DNA from: a virus
Virus record (IMG/VR): IMGVR_UViG_2915212873_000001
Coordinates: 4,973-68,972 of that record
DNA: 64,000 nucleotides
Direction: 5' to 3' (one strand)
This document shows positions 34,965 to 45,265 of the stretch, one piece after another. The notes below the pieces were generated by a model. It was not told the origin of the DNA and ran no database searches. It saw nothing but the letters and a program-made list of their open reading frames with translations. The translations under genes were made by a program, and so were the position numbers. Numbering within the stretch: position 1 is the stretch's first letter; each line of letters opens with the position of its first letter.

Positions 34965-36231
34965 ACTGAACGTACCGCAGGCGAATTTCCTCAACCTGCC
35001 GCACAAGTTCAAGGCCTATGTCGCTGGCTTTGGTTCGGGGAAGACCTTCGTCGGTTGTGTGGGCATCTGCATGCATTTCTGGCAGTGGCCCGGCATAAAC
35101 CAAGGCTACTTCGCGCCGACCTACCCGCAGATCCGCGACATCTTCTATCCGACGATGGAAGAGGTGGCCTATGCGATGGGCCTGAAAATCAAGGTCAAGC
35201 AGGGTGACCACGAGGTCGAGGTCTACCAGGGCCGGCTTTACCGTGGTACGGTGATCTGCCGGTCAATGGAGAAGCCCGAGACCATCGTCGGCTTCAAGAT
35301 CGGCCACGCGCTGATCGACGAGCTCGACGTGATGCCGATGCTCAAGGCGCAGACTGCGTGGCGTAAGATCATTGCGCGGATGCGCTACAACGTACCTGGG
35401 CTGCTGAACGGCATCGATGTGACGACCACGCCCGAGGGCTTCAAGTTCGTCTACCAGCAGTTCGTGAAGGCGGTGCGCGACAAGCCAGAACTGGCGGCGC
35501 TGTACGGCTTGATTCAGGCCAGCACGTTCGACAACGAGTTGAACCTGCCGGCAGACTACATTCCGTCGCTACTGGCCAGCTATCCGCCGGCGCTGATCGA
35601 TGCCTACTTGCGCGGCAAGTTCACCAACCTGACCAGCGGCAGCGTCTACCCAGACTTCGACCGCGTGCAGAATCGCACAACGCAGATCATTCTGCCGGGC
35701 GAACCGCTGCAGGTGGGGCTCGACTTCAACGTGCAGAACATGACCGCATGCATCAACGTCGTGCGCGACGGCCTGCCGCTGACGCTGGCTGAGCGCGTGA
35801 AGGTCCGCGACACGCCGGCCATGGCCCGAATCCTGAAGGAGGATTTCGCGGACAAAGGTCACCAGATCAAGATTTACCCGGATGCCTCTGGTGCCAACAC
35901 CACGAGCAAGAACGCGAGCGAGTCGGATCTTTCGATCCTACGTTCAGCGCGCTTCCAGATCGACGTGAATCCGGCTAACCCTGCCGTGAAGGACCGGGTC
36001 AACGCCTACAACGCGATGATCCTGAACGCCGACGGCGAGCGCCGCTGGAAGATTAACACCGACCTGTGCCCGACGACGACCGAGGCGCTGGAGCAGCAGG
36101 TCTGGGGGCTCGATGGTCAGCCGGATAAGAAGACCGGCCACGATCACCCGAACGACGCGAACGGCTACTTCATTGTGAAGAGGTACCCGATCGTCAAACG
36201 CACCGCCCAGTCGGGCGAGCTCAGAATTTAA
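34948..36231 (+). CDS. terL: Terminase large subunit
   Basis: AGFGSGKT, LIDELD, GLDFN, YPDASG, DHPNDA. Confidence 0.95.
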   Translation: MTPNLELNVPQANFLNLPHKFKAYVAGFGSGKTFVGCVGICMHFWQWPGINQGYFAPTYPQIRDIFYPTMEEVAYAMGLKIKVKQGDHEVEVYQGRLYRGTVICRSMEKPETIVGFKIGHALIDELDVMPMLKAQTAWRKIIARMRYNVPGLLNGIDVTTTPEGFKFVYQQFVKAVRDKPELAALYGLIQASTFDNELNLPADYIPSLLASYPPALIDAYLRGKFTNLTSGSVYPDFDRVQNRTTQIILPGEPLQVGLDFNVQNMTACINVVRDGLPLTLAERVKVRDTPAMARILKEDFADKGHQIKIYPDASGANTTSKNASESDLSILRSARFQIDVNPANPAVKDRVNAYNAMILNADGERRWKINTDLCPTTTEALEQQVWGLDGQPDKKTGHDHPNDANGYFIVKRYPIVKRTAQSGELRI

Positions 36232-36242
36232 GCAAGGAATCT

Positions 36243-37664
36243 ATGTCCAAGGTCAACGACAAATCTGCTGCCGTCGAGGCCATGGAGGAAGACTGGGCCA
36301 AGATGGACGCCCTGATCGGCGGCACCAAGGCCATGCGCGCGGCGGGGGAGAAGTACCTGCCGCGCTTCCCTGCCGAGAGCAAGGATGCCTATGATTTCCG
36401 GGTGAAGACCAGTACGCTGTACAACGCGACCGGTCGGACCGTCGAGAACATGGCGGCCAAGCCATTCGCCGAAGCGACGACCGTGCGCGACATCGACGGC
36501 GATTCCGAGAAGTGGCTGGAGAACATCGACCTGTGCGGCAACAACGTGACCGTGTTCGCGCACAAGCTGTTCCTCGCTGGGCTCGGCTACGGCCTGGCCC
36601 ACGTGCTGGTCGACATGCCGTCGACGGTGGATGACGACGGCAAGCAGCTGTACCCGACCAAGGCAGCAGAGCAGTCCGCCGGAGTGCGGCCGTACCTGGT
36701 GCTGATCAGTCCGAAGCAGATTCTTGGCTGGCGCAGCGCGCGCGGTCCAGATGGTCAGGAAGCGCTGAGCATGCTGCGCTTCATGGAATCGGTGGACGAA
36801 GATGATGGCGAATTTGGCACCAAGACGATTCCGCAGATCCGTGTGCTGACGCCGTCGACCTGGGCGACCTACCGCAAGGCTGAGAAGCCCGCCGCCGGCC
36901 AGGCCACGGAAGACTGGGTGCCGCATAAGCAAGGTCCGGTCTCTCTGGGCAAGGTGCCGCTGGTGACCTTCTACACGAAGCGCACCGGGTTCATGACTGC
37001 GACACCGCCGCTGATCGACATGGCCGACTTGAACATCAAGCACTGGCAGTCGTCCAGCGATCAAGACTCGATCTTGCACACCGCCCGCGTGCCGCTGCTG
37101 GCCATCTCGGGCTTGCAAGATGACGACAATATCGAGATCGGACCGAAAGCCTTTCTCCGCCTCCCTGTTGGCGGCGAGGCGAAGTATGTTGAGCACACAG
37201 GCGCCGCGATCGAGGCCGGGCGCATGTCGCTGCAGGATCTGGAAAACCAGATGCGCGCCATGGGCGCCGAGCTGCTGGCCGAGACGCAAGTCGCCACCAC
37301 CGCAACCCAAAACAACATCGAGGACAGCGAAGCCAAGTCGCAGTTGAAACTGATGGTGGAGGGCGAGGAGGACGCGCTCGACAATGCAATCACCCTGATG
37401 CACGAATGGGTGGGGCGCGAGTTCAGCGGCAAAACCGACATCTTCAAGGACTTCAGCTCCGACGCGGTACTGGTGACCGCCGGCCCGTTCGTAGCAGCAC
37501 TGATCGACCTGGTCGAGACCGGCATGCTATCGAAGGAGGATGCCTTCAACGAGATGCGCCGATACGGTATCGTGAATCCCGACCTGGTCTGGAAGGATGT
37601 CAAGGCGCGCATTGCCGCCGATCCGCCGGCGCCACCGAAGGCGCCAGACGTTGTCGTGCCGTAG
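36243..37664 (+). CDS. Portal protein (DUF4055-like)
   Basis: AMRAAGEKYLPRFPAES..Y, PPLIDMADLN.HWQSSSD; follows terL. Confidence 0.9.
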   Translation: MSKVNDKSAAVEAMEEDWAKMDALIGGTKAMRAAGEKYLPRFPAESKDAYDFRVKTSTLYNATGRTVENMAAKPFAEATTVRDIDGDSEKWLENIDLCGNNVTVFAHKLFLAGLGYGLAHVLVDMPSTVDDDGKQLYPTKAAEQSAGVRPYLVLISPKQILGWRSARGPDGQEALSMLRFMESVDEDDGEFGTKTIPQIRVLTPSTWATYRKAEKPAAGQATEDWVPHKQGPVSLGKVPLVTFYTKRTGFMTATPPLIDMADLNIKHWQSSSDQDSILHTARVPLLAISGLQDDDNIEIGPKAFLRLPVGGEAKYVEHTGAAIEAGRMSLQDLENQMRAMGAELLAETQVATTATQNNIEDSEAKSQLKLMVEGEEDALDNAITLMHEWVGREFSGKTDIFKDFSSDAVLVTAGPFVAALIDLVETGMLSKEDAFNEMRRYGIVNPDLVWKDVKARIAADPPAPPKAPDVVVP

Positions 37665-37690
37665 TAGCGCCAAATCATTCGGATTTACTC

Positions 37691-37725
37691 AAGGCCGCCC
37701 GGGCAACCTGGCGGCCTTTTCTTTT
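37691..37725 (+). terminator. Intrinsic terminator after the portal gene
   Basis: AAGGCCGCC...GGCGGCCTTTTCTTTT. Confidence 0.7.
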
Positions 37726-37798
37726 GCCGCAAGCGGATGCGACGCGGCGCACCGGCCGGAAGGCCATCGATAGGGCGGATGCCCGGAAAGACTGAACC

Positions 37799-38602
37799 AT
37801 GCCATATAAATTCAATGCCGACGGCACCATTGCGATGGACGCCGAGCGAAAACTGCCGATCTTCATCCACCCGAACGGGACCGAGGCACCATTCGATGCT
37901 GATAGTACCGTCGATACCATTGGCCGCCTGAACGGTGAGGCCAAGGCACACCGCATCGCCAAAGAAGCCGCCGAAGCTGCGCTGAAGCCGTTCAAGGATG
38001 CGGGCATCGAAGATCCAGTCGCAGCAGCTGAGGCAGTGAGGCTGGCGAAGAACATCAAGGAAGGCGACTTGGTCACTGCCGGCAAGGTGCAGGAGATCAA
38101 GGACGCTGCTACGCGTACCGCAAATGAAGCTGTCGCCAACGCTACCCGCCAGGCGGAAGAAAAGCAACGCGCGCTGACCGAACAAAACGAAAAGCTGACG
38201 GAGAACCTGAACAACCACATCATCGGCGGCGCTTTCACCGGATCGAAGTTCATCGCTGACAAGTTGGCCATTCCAGCCGACATCGCGCAAAAATTCTTCG
38301 GTGACCGCTTCAAGGTGGATGACGGCAAGCTGGTGCCGCTGGGCGCCGATGGCAACCCCATCTTCTCGGCCACGAATCACGGCAACCACGCCGACTTCGA
38401 AGAAGCCATCCAAGTGATGGTCGGCCAATACTCGAACAAGGACATGATCCTGAAGGGCACTGGTGGCTCGGGCAGCGGCGCACCTGGCGGTAGCGGCGGC
38501 GCTCCCGGCGGGAAGAAAACGATCACCCGGGCCACCTTCGACTCCATGAACCCGCAAGAGCGCAATTCCGCGATGAAGGAAGGTGCGACCATCACCGATT
38601 AA
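37799..38602 (+). CDS. Capsid scaffolding protein
   Basis: Coiled coil; GSGAPGG...ITRATFDSM C-terminus; precedes the capsid gene. Confidence 0.8.
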   Translation: MPYKFNADGTIAMDAERKLPIFIHPNGTEAPFDADSTVDTIGRLNGEAKAHRIAKEAAEAALKPFKDAGIEDPVAAAEAVRLAKNIKEGDLVTAGKVQEIKDAATRTANEAVANATRQAEEKQRALTEQNEKLTENLNNHIIGGAFTGSKFIADKLAIPADIAQKFFGDRFKVDDGKLVPLGADGNPIFSATNHGNHADFEEAIQVMVGQYSNKDMILKGTGGSGSGAPGGSGGAPGGKKTITRATFDSMNPQERNSAMKEGATITD

Positions 38603-38743
38603 CACCGCTTCCGGCGCGCTTCGACGCGCGCCACGCTTCACCCGCAACACCTCTGCCGGCGCCTGGATGGGCAAGTCGGTGCTTTGGGCTGGATGGCCTG
38701 TCTGTTCTGAAACCCCAAAACACATACCTGAAAGGCAATATCC

Positions 38744-40099
38744 ATGAAGATGATTATCTTCGCGCTGGCGGCCATTGTCGCCCTGGCGCTGGCGCCAGCT
38801 TTCCAGCTGTTCGCCGACCTGACTGGCCACGGCCACGAAGTCGCACGTAAAACCGAGCTGTACGGCAAGGCGTTTGCCGAAATCGCCGGCGCATACCTGC
38901 GCAACCACATGGCCAACACCGGCCTGATGCTGGGCGCGAACACGCTGACCGGCCTGATCCCGACGATGTTCCAGGCGCTGGACACCGTATCCCGCGAAGC
39001 CGTCGGCTTCATCCCGGCGGTTGCGCGCAACTCCAGCGGCGAGCGTGCCGCGCTGGGGCAGGTGATCACCATCCCCGTCACCCCTCAGGGCTCGCTGGTC
39101 GACATCGTCCCTGGTGTGACTCCGGGCAATGGTGGCGATCAAACCATCGTGCCGAACACCATGACCATCTCGAAGTCGAAAGCCTACGAGGTGAAATGGG
39201 CCGGCGAGGAGCAGCGCAGCCAGATCAACGCAGGCACCTTCAACACCACGCTGCTGGATCAGTTCACCCAGGGCTTCCGCACGCTGGCTAACGCTGTCGA
39301 GGCTGACCTGGCCGCACTGGCTATCGGCGCATCGCGCGCCTATGGCACCGCCGGCACCACCCCGTTCGGCACCGCCAACGATCTGTCGGACTTCGCCCAG
39401 TCGCGCAAGATCCTGATCGACAACGGCGCGCCGCAGACCGACCTGCAGATGGTGATGAACACCGCTGCGGCTGCGAACATGCGCGGCAAACAGGCTGGCC
39501 TGTTCAAAGTGAATGAAGCCGGCTCCGAAATCCTGCTGCGCACTGGCTCGATCGCGCTGCCTGTGGATGGCTTCTACCCGCACGAATCGGGTCAGATCAA
39601 GACCTTCACCAAGGGCACCGGCTCGGCGTACACCACCAACACCGCCGGCTACGCTGCTGGCGCAACGGTCATCAACCTGATCACCGGTACCGGCACCGTG
39701 CTGGCGGGCGACGTTGTCACCTTCGCTGGCGATGCCAACAAGTACGTGGTTGCCGTGGGCATCACCGGCCCGGGCGCGATCACCTTGCAGGCTCCCGGTC
39801 TGCAACAGGCGATTCCAGCATCGGCAACCGCCCTGACCATCGGCGCCAGCTACACCGGCAACCTGGCGTTCAACCGCAATGCGATCCAGCTGATCACCCG
39901 CGCGCCGGCAATGCCGGTTGGTCCTGACGGCAAGCCGATGGACATGGCTGACGACGTGATCGAACTGGTCGATCCGCTGTCCGGCCTGGTCTACCAGGTG
40001 GCGATGTACAAAATGTACCGCCAGATCAAGTACGAGATTGGCTTGGCCTGGGGTGTCAAAGCTGCCAAAAACGAGCACATCGCGCTGCTGCTGGGCTAA
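38744..40099 (+). CDS. Major capsid protein (P22-coat-like) with a 64-aa N-terminal extension
   Basis: ANTLTGLIPTMFQALDTVSRE, GQVITIP, LANAVEADL, YRQIKYEIGLAWGVKA. Confidence 0.88.
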   Translation: MKMIIFALAAIVALALAPAFQLFADLTGHGHEVARKTELYGKAFAEIAGAYLRNHMANTGLMLGANTLTGLIPTMFQALDTVSREAVGFIPAVARNSSGERAALGQVITIPVTPQGSLVDIVPGVTPGNGGDQTIVPNTMTISKSKAYEVKWAGEEQRSQINAGTFNTTLLDQFTQGFRTLANAVEADLAALAIGASRAYGTAGTTPFGTANDLSDFAQSRKILIDNGAPQTDLQMVMNTAAAANMRGKQAGLFKVNEAGSEILLRTGSIALPVDGFYPHESGQIKTFTKGTGSAYTTNTAGYAAGATVINLITGTGTVLAGDVVTFAGDANKYVVAVGITGPGAITLQAPGLQQAIPASATALTIGASYTGNLAFNRNAIQLITRAPAMPVGPDGKPMDMADDVIELVDPLSGLVYQVAMYKMYRQIKYEIGLAWGVKAAKNEHIALLLG

Positions 40100-40121
40100 T
40101 TCGCCGCTTGTCGGCCTGATA

Positions 40122-40146
40122 GAGGAGGGCTTCGGCCCTCCCTTTT
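40122..40146 (+). terminator. Intrinsic terminator after the capsid gene
   Basis: GAGGGC-TTCG-GCCCTC followed by CCTTTT. Confidence 0.75.
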
Positions 40147-40158
40147 CTGGAGTTTCGA

Positions 40159-40629
40159 ATGCAAATCGATACCATCAAAATCAAAGCCCCGATCAGCGCG
40201 GACAACTCGCTGGGCTATGTCGTGATCAACAAATCCGACTTCGATCCCAGTCAGCACGAGCTACTGGACGGCGAAACTCTGGGCGACGATACGAACACCA
40301 CCAACTCGGACGTCCCGACGTTGGCTGAGCTGATCGTCGCCCAGAGCCAACTGGCGTCCCGCAAGGACGAACTGGACGACCGCGAATTGCAGTTGAACCA
40401 GCGCGCCAGTGCGCTGGACGAGCGTGAGCAGGCGCTGGTCGACCGCGAGGCTGCAAACGCTGCCGAAGCGCAGCGCCTCGCTGATCTGGCCGCTGCCAGC
40501 ACCACTGGCGCCGACATCTCGTCGATGACCAAGGCCCAGCTGCAGGCGGCGCTGACCGCCAAGGGCGTCAGCTACTCGTCGACTGCCGACAAGGCTGAAC
40601 TGGTTGCGCTGCTGACCGCTGCTCAGTAA
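40159..40629 (+). CDS. Head-associated protein with C-terminal HeH/LEM-like motif
   Basis: MTKAQLQAALTAKGVSYSSTADKAELVALL. Confidence 0.7.
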   Translation: MQIDTIKIKAPISADNSLGYVVINKSDFDPSQHELLDGETLGDDTNTTNSDVPTLAELIVAQSQLASRKDELDDRELQLNQRASALDEREQALVDREAANAAEAQRLADLAAASTTGADISSMTKAQLQAALTAKGVSYSSTADKAELVALLTAAQ

Positions 40630-40695
40630 TCGCAACACGCTTCATCTCCAGCCCGCCGCGCGCGGGCATTTTCTATTCCGCTGCCGAGATAGCCC

Positions 40696-42837
40696 ATGTC
40701 CCAAACCACCACGATCAACGCCGGCGAGCTCGGCAAGACCATCACCTTGCAAGAAGGTAAGGCGCTAACCATCACGGGTTCGGCCGGCGCCGCCGGCATG
40801 GCGTATCTGCTGGACCCTGCACTCGGTGGCACGAACTCCAGCAAGTCGTGGGTGATCGGCACTGGTCCGCTGCCGCCGATCGGCTCGTTTAATGGCGCGC
40901 AGAAGGTGCTTGTGACCTGCACCGTAGGCAGTATTGATGCGGTTGTGGGGGATGCAGTGCTGGTGATGCCGCAGCTCGACACTGCTGGAGGTGCCCTGAT
41001 AGACACTATTGGCAACCGGCGCACGCTTGGTGAGGCATACTCGCCGCAGAGCAAACGCCTGCCGATGTTTTATGTGCGCACCCGAAAGGAGTTGAAAAGC
41101 GCGACTTTCACACATACCAACACCCCTACAGCGGCGCCAACTGAGATCTACATCGACTTCAACCGGGGCCTAGATACCAACCCTGGTACCCGCTACTCGC
41201 CGAAGAAGAACCCATCATCAATCAGCGGGCAAAGCATCGGCGGCAATTCTCTTATCCTTTTTGCCACTGACTCGTTGTGGGACATCGTGGCTACCTCCGC
41301 TGCATCCAACATCATTGATGTGCAAAACATGAAAGGCACTTCGGGAAACCGCCTATATATCGGCGCGTATGACCCTGCTGGCCATACTGGACTGAAGCCA
41401 ACTTTCACTTATGGCTACGAGCCAGCCGCAGGAGATTGGGTTTGGAGCGCCACCTACAATGCATGGGAATTGACCATTGCAACAGCATCGCCACAGCAAG
41501 ATATGGCGTGCTTCTTCGGCACTGCGAAAATCGCTGGCACCAATGCGTGGCAGGGTAACCATCCACCGCTGTTCGGAGATTTGCAATACGGCTTCATCAC
41601 AGGGTCTCCTGGCAAGTTGTACGTTTGGGCACCGAGCACGCAGAACCCTACTTCCTATTACGGGAAGGTCCGCACCTGCCCGAATACGCGCGGTCTGTTT
41701 CATAACGTATGGCAGGGCCTGCAATACACGACTATCGAGAATCTGCACTTCCAGGATATGGCCGCCGGCATCTCCAATAACGTCAGCTCAGGTGCTGGCG
41801 CGCACGTTGGCCTGGATGTGCGTAACTGCGAGGTGGACCGTGGTCAGCTTTTGGGCTGGTTCAGCGGATCGGCCGGCGCGCACTCCTTTACGGCTAGCAA
41901 CAATATCGGGCGTGACTGCGGTTCGTCGCTAATCAAGGCGTCGCAAAACTCCAACGGCGGCACCCACACGTACGATATGTCGTACAACAAGATTTACGGT
42001 TGCAACAAGCAGCAGTCGGCGCATGGCGGCTTCTACTTCCAACTGGTATCTGCCGCGCTGGGTGACGGACGCATCCACCACAACTACATCCGCGATGCGT
42101 GGAACGGCACAGGCACCGAGCTGAACAACTCGGCGCAGGGCGCCGGCTCGGGCTACGGCTCACCGTTCGACGGCTGCGGGGTTTATTTCGACGTCACGTC
42201 GGACAAATGTGTAGCCTACGCCAATATCGTGGAGCACTCGCACGTTGGCCTTCAAGCGAACAGCGCCAAGCAGATGCAGTTCCTGTCGAACATCACAATC
42301 GACTGCAACGTGCACTGCACGGTGACCGACGACGGCACTGGCGGCAACGATGTGGTGGTGGCGCACGGCACGTACATCAACAACCTGGTGGACACCAACC
42401 AGCTCAAGCGCGGCACAACCTCCGATCCCCGTCGCGGCATTTCGGTGTGGTTCAAACCGGCAACCGCTGGCAGCGTGCGGGTGTTCAACAACGCGCTGCA
42501 CCGCACCGCTAGTGTGGCGGGTCAGCCCGCTATCCGCATCGAGGCGGACTCGCCGACGAAATACTGCGCTGGCAATGCAATTTCCGGCTGGAGCGACGCA
42601 GCCAAGGTTCAAGAGATCTCACTCACCGGCACCAACCCGACGCTAGACCTGACCGCTACGGCCGCTGTGCTGACCTCGGGCGGCGCCACTTGGTTCGACG
42701 GGGCCACCGCCGTGCCAATCGCGGGTGGCCCGCTGGTGAATGCCGGCGTGCGGCACATTGATGGCCTGTACGACGTGACTGGAACCGCGTACGAGCGTCT
42801 ACCGACTATTGGTGCCGTCGAGTACACGGCGAGCTGA
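40696..42837 (+). CDS. 713-aa right-handed beta-helix protein (possible head fibre or depolymerase)
   Basis: IYIDFNRGLDTNPGT motif, Asn/Gly-rich parallel beta-helix repeats, PTIGAVEY C-terminus. Confidence 0.65.
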   Translation: MSQTTTINAGELGKTITLQEGKALTITGSAGAAGMAYLLDPALGGTNSSKSWVIGTGPLPPIGSFNGAQKVLVTCTVGSIDAVVGDAVLVMPQLDTAGGALIDTIGNRRTLGEAYSPQSKRLPMFYVRTRKELKSATFTHTNTPTAAPTEIYIDFNRGLDTNPGTRYSPKKNPSSISGQSIGGNSLILFATDSLWDIVATSAASNIIDVQNMKGTSGNRLYIGAYDPAGHTGLKPTFTYGYEPAAGDWVWSATYNAWELTIATASPQQDMACFFGTAKIAGTNAWQGNHPPLFGDLQYGFITGSPGKLYVWAPSTQNPTSYYGKVRTCPNTRGLFHNVWQGLQYTTIENLHFQDMAAGISNNVSSGAGAHVGLDVRNCEVDRGQLLGWFSGSAGAHSFTASNNIGRDCGSSLIKASQNSNGGTHTYDMSYNKIYGCNKQQSAHGGFYFQLVSAALGDGRIHHNYIRDAWNGTGTELNNSAQGAGSGYGSPFDGCGVYFDVTSDKCVAYANIVEHSHVGLQANSAKQMQFLSNITIDCNVHCTVTDDGTGGNDVVVAHGTYINNLVDTNQLKRGTTSDPRRGISVWFKPATAGSVRVFNNALHRTASVAGQPAIRIEADSPTKYCAGNAISGWSDAAKVQEISLTGTNPTLDLTATAAVLTSGGATWFDGATAVPIAGGPLVNAGVRHIDGLYDVTGTAYERLPTIGAVEYTAS

Positions 42838-42839
42838 TC

Positions 42840-43364
42840 GTGGGCCTCATCACTGAAACTGGCGCCGGCCTTCCGAACGCCGAGAGCTACATTAGCGTGG
42901 CCGACGCCACCGCATACCACGCCGGCCTGGGCAATGCCGCCTGGGCGGCGCTGGCCAGCGACACCCTGCGCGAGCAGGCGCTGCGCAAGGCGACGCTCTA
43001 CATGCTCCAGACCTATCGGTCGCGCTGGAAGGGCGTGCGCACCACCAGCACGCAAGCGCTCGACTGGCCGCGTTATGACGTCGAGGTGCCGGACGTCGGC
43101 TATGGCCGATTCGTGTCGATCTTGGCTTCGAACGTGGTGCCGGCAGAAGTGCGCAATGCGTGCGCCGAGCTGGCGTTGCGCGTGGCGAGCGGTGTTGACC
43201 TGTCGCCCGATCTCGAGCGGACCATCAGCCGCGAGACCGTCGGCCCCATTACCACCGAATATGAGGGCGGTGCGGCAGAATCGCCTCGCTTCAAGGCGGT
43301 TGACCGCATGCTGGCGCCGTACCTGTGTGGATCGAGTAATTCGGGAAGGCTGGTGCGCGGATGA
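42840..43364 (+). CDS. Head-tail adaptor (DnaT-like/gp15-like family)
   Basis: AESYISVADATAYH, QALDWPR, ETVGPITTEY. Confidence 0.85.
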   Translation: MGLITETGAGLPNAESYISVADATAYHAGLGNAAWAALASDTLREQALRKATLYMLQTYRSRWKGVRTTSTQALDWPRYDVEVPDVGYGRFVSILASNVVPAEVRNACAELALRVASGVDLSPDLERTISRETVGPITTEYEGGAAESPRFKAVDRMLAPYLCGSSNSGRLVRG

Positions 43365-43735
43365 GCAAATACCCGGCGGTGCAGATTGAAGGCTGCGCAG
43401 TGCACGAGAACACCTTTAGCCAGGATGGCAAGGTCTGGAACGTTACCAATCTGATCGCCCGCGCGAAGGACTTGGAACCATTCGATCTTCCGCTGGCCGC
43501 GATCTACCTCGGCACCGAGGTGTGGGGCGCAACTGGCACTCCGTATGGCATGGCTTTTCACATGCGCCGGGCGCTGGACGTTGACACAAGCTACCCGGTG
43601 ATCATGTCCGAGGAAGGCTTCATCATGGACGGATGGCACCGCGTGCTGCGTGCGCTGATCGACGGCAACGCCACGATTAAGGCCGTGCGGTTCGCGAAAA
43701 CGCCGCCGCACGACTATCTGGAGCCGAAAACGTGA
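43361..43735 (+). CDS. ParB/Srx-like domain protein
   Basis: YPVIM...IMDGWHRVLRA. Confidence 0.65.
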   Translation: MSKYPAVQIEGCAVHENTFSQDGKVWNVTNLIARAKDLEPFDLPLAAIYLGTEVWGATGTPYGMAFHMRRALDVDTSYPVIMSEEGFIMDGWHRVLRALIDGNATIKAVRFAKTPPHDYLEPKT

Positions 43736-43752
43736 ACTATGCGGAGGCGTGA

Positions 43753-44397
43753 GTGAGCATGAATTCGGTACAAGAAAAGCTGTACAAAGGCTATGCGAAG
43801 GCTGCACTGAAGCTGGGGCAACAATACGACCTTTACAGGCCGACGGCGGCCGACTACCCGGTCGCACCGGCGCAGCTCGTCGCTACGGTGATGGCCAGCT
43901 TTAACCCGCAGGACATGAAATACGGGTCGGCGGGCGATTACGCCAAGCCGGGCTGGTACTGCCTGACGGACGGTCGGCTTACCAAGGTGGGCGATTACTT
44001 GGTGAACGGCGCCGAGGTGTATTTCATCGCCGCCCAGCAGCTGGCACTGCCGATTGATGCAGTGCGGTGCAATCGCGTGGCCACCGTAACGCGACCTAAG
44101 CAGCAGTCCGGCGCCGGCGCACAGGGCTACGGCGGCAGCGTCGTGGCGGACGAGGTCGCATTGATGACGCAGTGGCCCTGTTCCATCTTGCAGGGCACGA
44201 AAGGCGAAAAAACCGAGGCGAACCTGCCGGCCGACATCCGCTCGCCGTGGTGGGCAATCCTGCTGCCGGCGTGGCCTGGCGTCGTGCTGCGGTCGACCGA
44301 TGTGATAACCGATGATTTGGGGCGCCGCTACACGGTAAGTTCGGCTGAATTGACCGACCGGGGCTGGCGCCTCACCGCAATGCAGGCGCAAACCTGA
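43753..44397 (+). CDS. Head closure/neck protein
   Basis: Position in the module. Confidence 0.6.
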   Translation: MSMNSVQEKLYKGYAKAALKLGQQYDLYRPTAADYPVAPAQLVATVMASFNPQDMKYGSAGDYAKPGWYCLTDGRLTKVGDYLVNGAEVYFIAAQQLALPIDAVRCNRVATVTRPKQQSGAGAQGYGGSVVADEVALMTQWPCSILQGTKGEKTEANLPADIRSPWWAILLPAWPGVVLRSTDVITDDLGRRYTVSSAELTDRGWRLTAMQAQT

Positions 44398-45257
44398 TGG
44401 CCGACTTCACTGAAATCGCCGACGAGCTGGTCGGTCTGCTGGCTGGCATCGCTTACCCGGATGGCACGGCCGCGCCGTCGGTGATCGGCTTGCCGGTCGT
44501 GCTCTATCAAGGCTGGCCGAATCCACCGGATCTCGACCAGGACATGGTCAGCGACAGCAAGCGGGTGCATGTTTCGGTCTGGCCGACCAATATCGAGCGG
44601 ATTACCAACTCGTTCGCGGCGCGGCTGATGCCGCTGGAAGTGGTAGAGCCGACCATCACCGTCACGGTGGCCGGCAACCAGATCACCGTCGGTGGCACCG
44701 CAACGGCTGGCCAGAACATCGGCCTGGTGATCGACGGCGCCGCCTTCGGCTACACCGTTCAGCAGAACGACAGCACGACTGGCATCGCGACGGCGCTGGC
44801 GAACGCGATCAGCGCGGCGCAGCCGGCAACGAATGCCGGGCCGGTGATTACGGTCCCGGGCGCGCGGCTGATTTCGCAGAAGACGGGCGGCACCGCGACG
44901 ATGGTTGCGCCGCTGGAGCGCATCGAGAAGGTGTTCCAGATCACGATCTGGGCGCCATCACCAGCGGCGCGGGACGGGCTGGCCAAGGTGCTCGACCCGG
45001 CGCTGCGCGGCACCACGCGCATCGTGCTTACGGACGGCACCGGCGCCGTCCTGCGGTACCGCAACAGCGTGCAGACCGATGCGCTGGTGAAGCAGGGCGC
45101 CTTCCGCCGCGACATGAACTACGCGGTGGAATACGTGACCACGCAGACGGCCACGGCGACCGAGGTGGTGACCACCCAGTTGAACGTGACCATCAAGCAA
45201 ACGAATGCACCGCTGGCCACCGGTGGCGCGATCGGTAACAAAACCATTTACACGTGA
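44397..45257 (+). CDS. Tail completion/terminator protein
   Basis: Precedes the sheath; YQGWP motif. Confidence 0.6.
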   Translation: MADFTEIADELVGLLAGIAYPDGTAAPSVIGLPVVLYQGWPNPPDLDQDMVSDSKRVHVSVWPTNIERITNSFAARLMPLEVVEPTITVTVAGNQITVGGTATAGQNIGLVIDGAAFGYTVQQNDSTTGIATALANAISAAQPATNAGPVITVPGARLISQKTGGTATMVAPLERIEKVFQITIWAPSPAARDGLAKVLDPALRGTTRIVLTDGTGAVLRYRNSVQTDALVKQGAFRRDMNYAVEYVTTQTATATEVVTTQLNVTIKQTNAPLATGGAIGNKTIYT

Positions 45258-45265
45258 GGATGCCC

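Noticed and set aside
37685-40078. 797-aa minus-strand ORF and other long antisense ORFs (e.g. 45318-47237, 8431-9660)
   Set aside because: Antisense shadows of scaffold, capsid, sheath and exonuclease genes; no motifs or RBS.
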